Positions 62,481 to 64,000 of a DNA stretch of 64,000 bases are shown here, piece after piece. The DNA is from Malacoraja senta (taxonomy: Eukaryota), in contig CM076000.1 of NCBI GenBank assembly GCA_038087875.1, positions 1,488,001-1,552,000 on the forward strand. The letters run 5' to 3'. Numbering within the stretch: the first letter of the stretch is position 1; every line of letters begins with the position of its first letter. The position numbers and the translations under genes were made by a program. The notes beneath the pieces are model-generated. The model searched no databases, was not told the DNA's origin, and was given only the letters and a program-made list of their open reading frames with translations.

Positions 62481-64000
62481 TGTGAAGGGACAATTGGTTT
62501 CCCTACCTGAAAGCATTAGAATTAGTTTGAGCATCTCAAAGTAAAATATTCCAGGAATGGTGCTCTGTCGCCCCATCGCAAGCAGTGATGAGTTGGTGAA
62601 TATGTGATTGAAGTTCTCCTGACATCAGAAGATTAAGGACCAACAGAAAATCTGTGCTCTAAAGAACAGTAGGAGGAAAGAACGTATGCATTCGAACAAT
62701 TTGCTTATAACTATGACACGCAGAGATACTTCAACATTGTTGAGGTCTATTGGTCCACCACAATGGTGGCACTACGAACTTCAGTTTTGCTCTGTTATAG
62801 TTACCTAGTATAACTGTTATCAATTGTATTATGTGTTTATCCGTTATTGTGTTTGCAGTCTGTTAAGGTGCAGCAAATAAGAATTCAATTATCAAGTGTA
62901 CCGGTAACGGAACAACTAAACACTCTTGATATATGAGAGGATGGGCCTCTGCCAATCTGCTGCCCGGGTACAGCAATGTCCAACAAGAACGTTTCTCAAA
63001 ACGTGGATCACTTCCTTTATCTTGGAGCCACCCGGCAGCGAAGGCAACATTGATAATCTGAATATATTCTTCCTTAGTTTATATTCATTAAAACATATCA
63101 GGGTAATGCCTGAGAAAATGGATTTAGACAGATAACTTAAATTACTCTGTTGGATAGCCTGGACATGGTTCTGATAAATTTAGAGTTTGAATCTTGCCAA
63201 TCTATTTAAGGTGTAGGAAAGAACTGCAGATGCTGGTTTAAACCGAAGATAGACACAAAAAGCTGTAGTAACTCAGCAGGTCAGACAGCTGAGCAGGCCC
63301 AGGACAGAAAGGTCAGTGTGGGAATGGGAACGGTTACTTTTCATCATTCATTCATTCATTCATTTATCATCATTACTTTTTTGCATATCTTTCATTCATT
63401 TGCTCTATATCACCATCTATATCTCTCGTTTCCCTTTCCCCTGATTCTCAGTTTGAAGAAGAGTCTCGACCCAAAACATCACCTATTTCTTTTCTCCAGA
63501 GGTGATGTCTGACCCGCTGAGTTACTCCAGCTTTTTCCAGTCTATCTTAAATTTATTGAAGGTATTGTTTTAAAATATAAGCTAGGTTGGTGGGCTACTG
63601 CAGTTGGAGTTTAAAAGAGGAAGTGTATAAATCCTTGAATGTATCTAGCTATTTTGTTTTTACCTAAAAGTATGTATTATAACTAATGGCACTTTTGTGA
63701 AAATACAATATTTTCAAAAGCAATCTAATTTGCAAACTTGTTGCGAAGCATATGGAACTGGGTCTCTGTCGCTTTGCAACTGGATGCTCAACTTCATCAA
63801 CAGAACACAATTGGTACAAATTGGCATCAATTCATCAAGTCAAGTCACATTTATTTATATAGCACATTTAAAAAACAACTCTCGTTGGCCAAAGTGCTTT
63901 ACATTTGTTATAAGAATAGCATAAACAAAACAAACTACATACATATATACATGTAGCCCTCACTCGGAGGACGTCAGGAAAGGCTTGGGAGTATAGATAA

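Noticed and set aside
58940..64000. SAP18 exon 2 (TCPLLLRVFTTNNGRHH...)
   Set aside because: I could not find this peptide by eye in any plus frame; it probably lies beyond the window.

Overview
This is eukaryotic (vertebrate) DNA, not prokaryotic. The repeat set (HE1-type V-SINEs, HER1/CR1 LINEs, Penelope-like ends) points to a cartilaginous fish, probably a skate or ray (inference). Two host genes lie head-to-head. LATS2 (Hippo pathway kinase) is on the minus strand: first coding exon 28142-28622 with ATG at 28471, the next 133-nt exon at 6656-6788, and a probable CpG-island promoter/non-coding exon 1 near 41.7-41.9 kb. The gene runs off the left edge. SAP18 is on the plus strand: coding exon 1 at 58086-58157 ending in a GC donor; exon 2 was not found in the window. 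Almost everything else is intronic or intergenic transposon material: HE1 SINEs, CR1 and Rex1/Babar LINEs, Penelope-like fragments, three non-autonomous Helitrons, hAT, Harbinger-like and Tc1 DNA transposons, and a Gypsy remnant. Most ORFs in the track are transposon debris or artefacts. I cannot support a wholly new protein-coding system. The best leads are: a MITE family that captured a Penelope palindrome carrying hammerhead-like motifs; many short Penelope-end insertions with TSDs; a CGGBP1-like hAT element; a perfect 52-bp palindrome near the LATS2 promoter; LATS2 uORF and circRNA architecture; and the SAP18 GC donor. Repeat boundaries are approximate unless a TSD or terminal motif is quoted.
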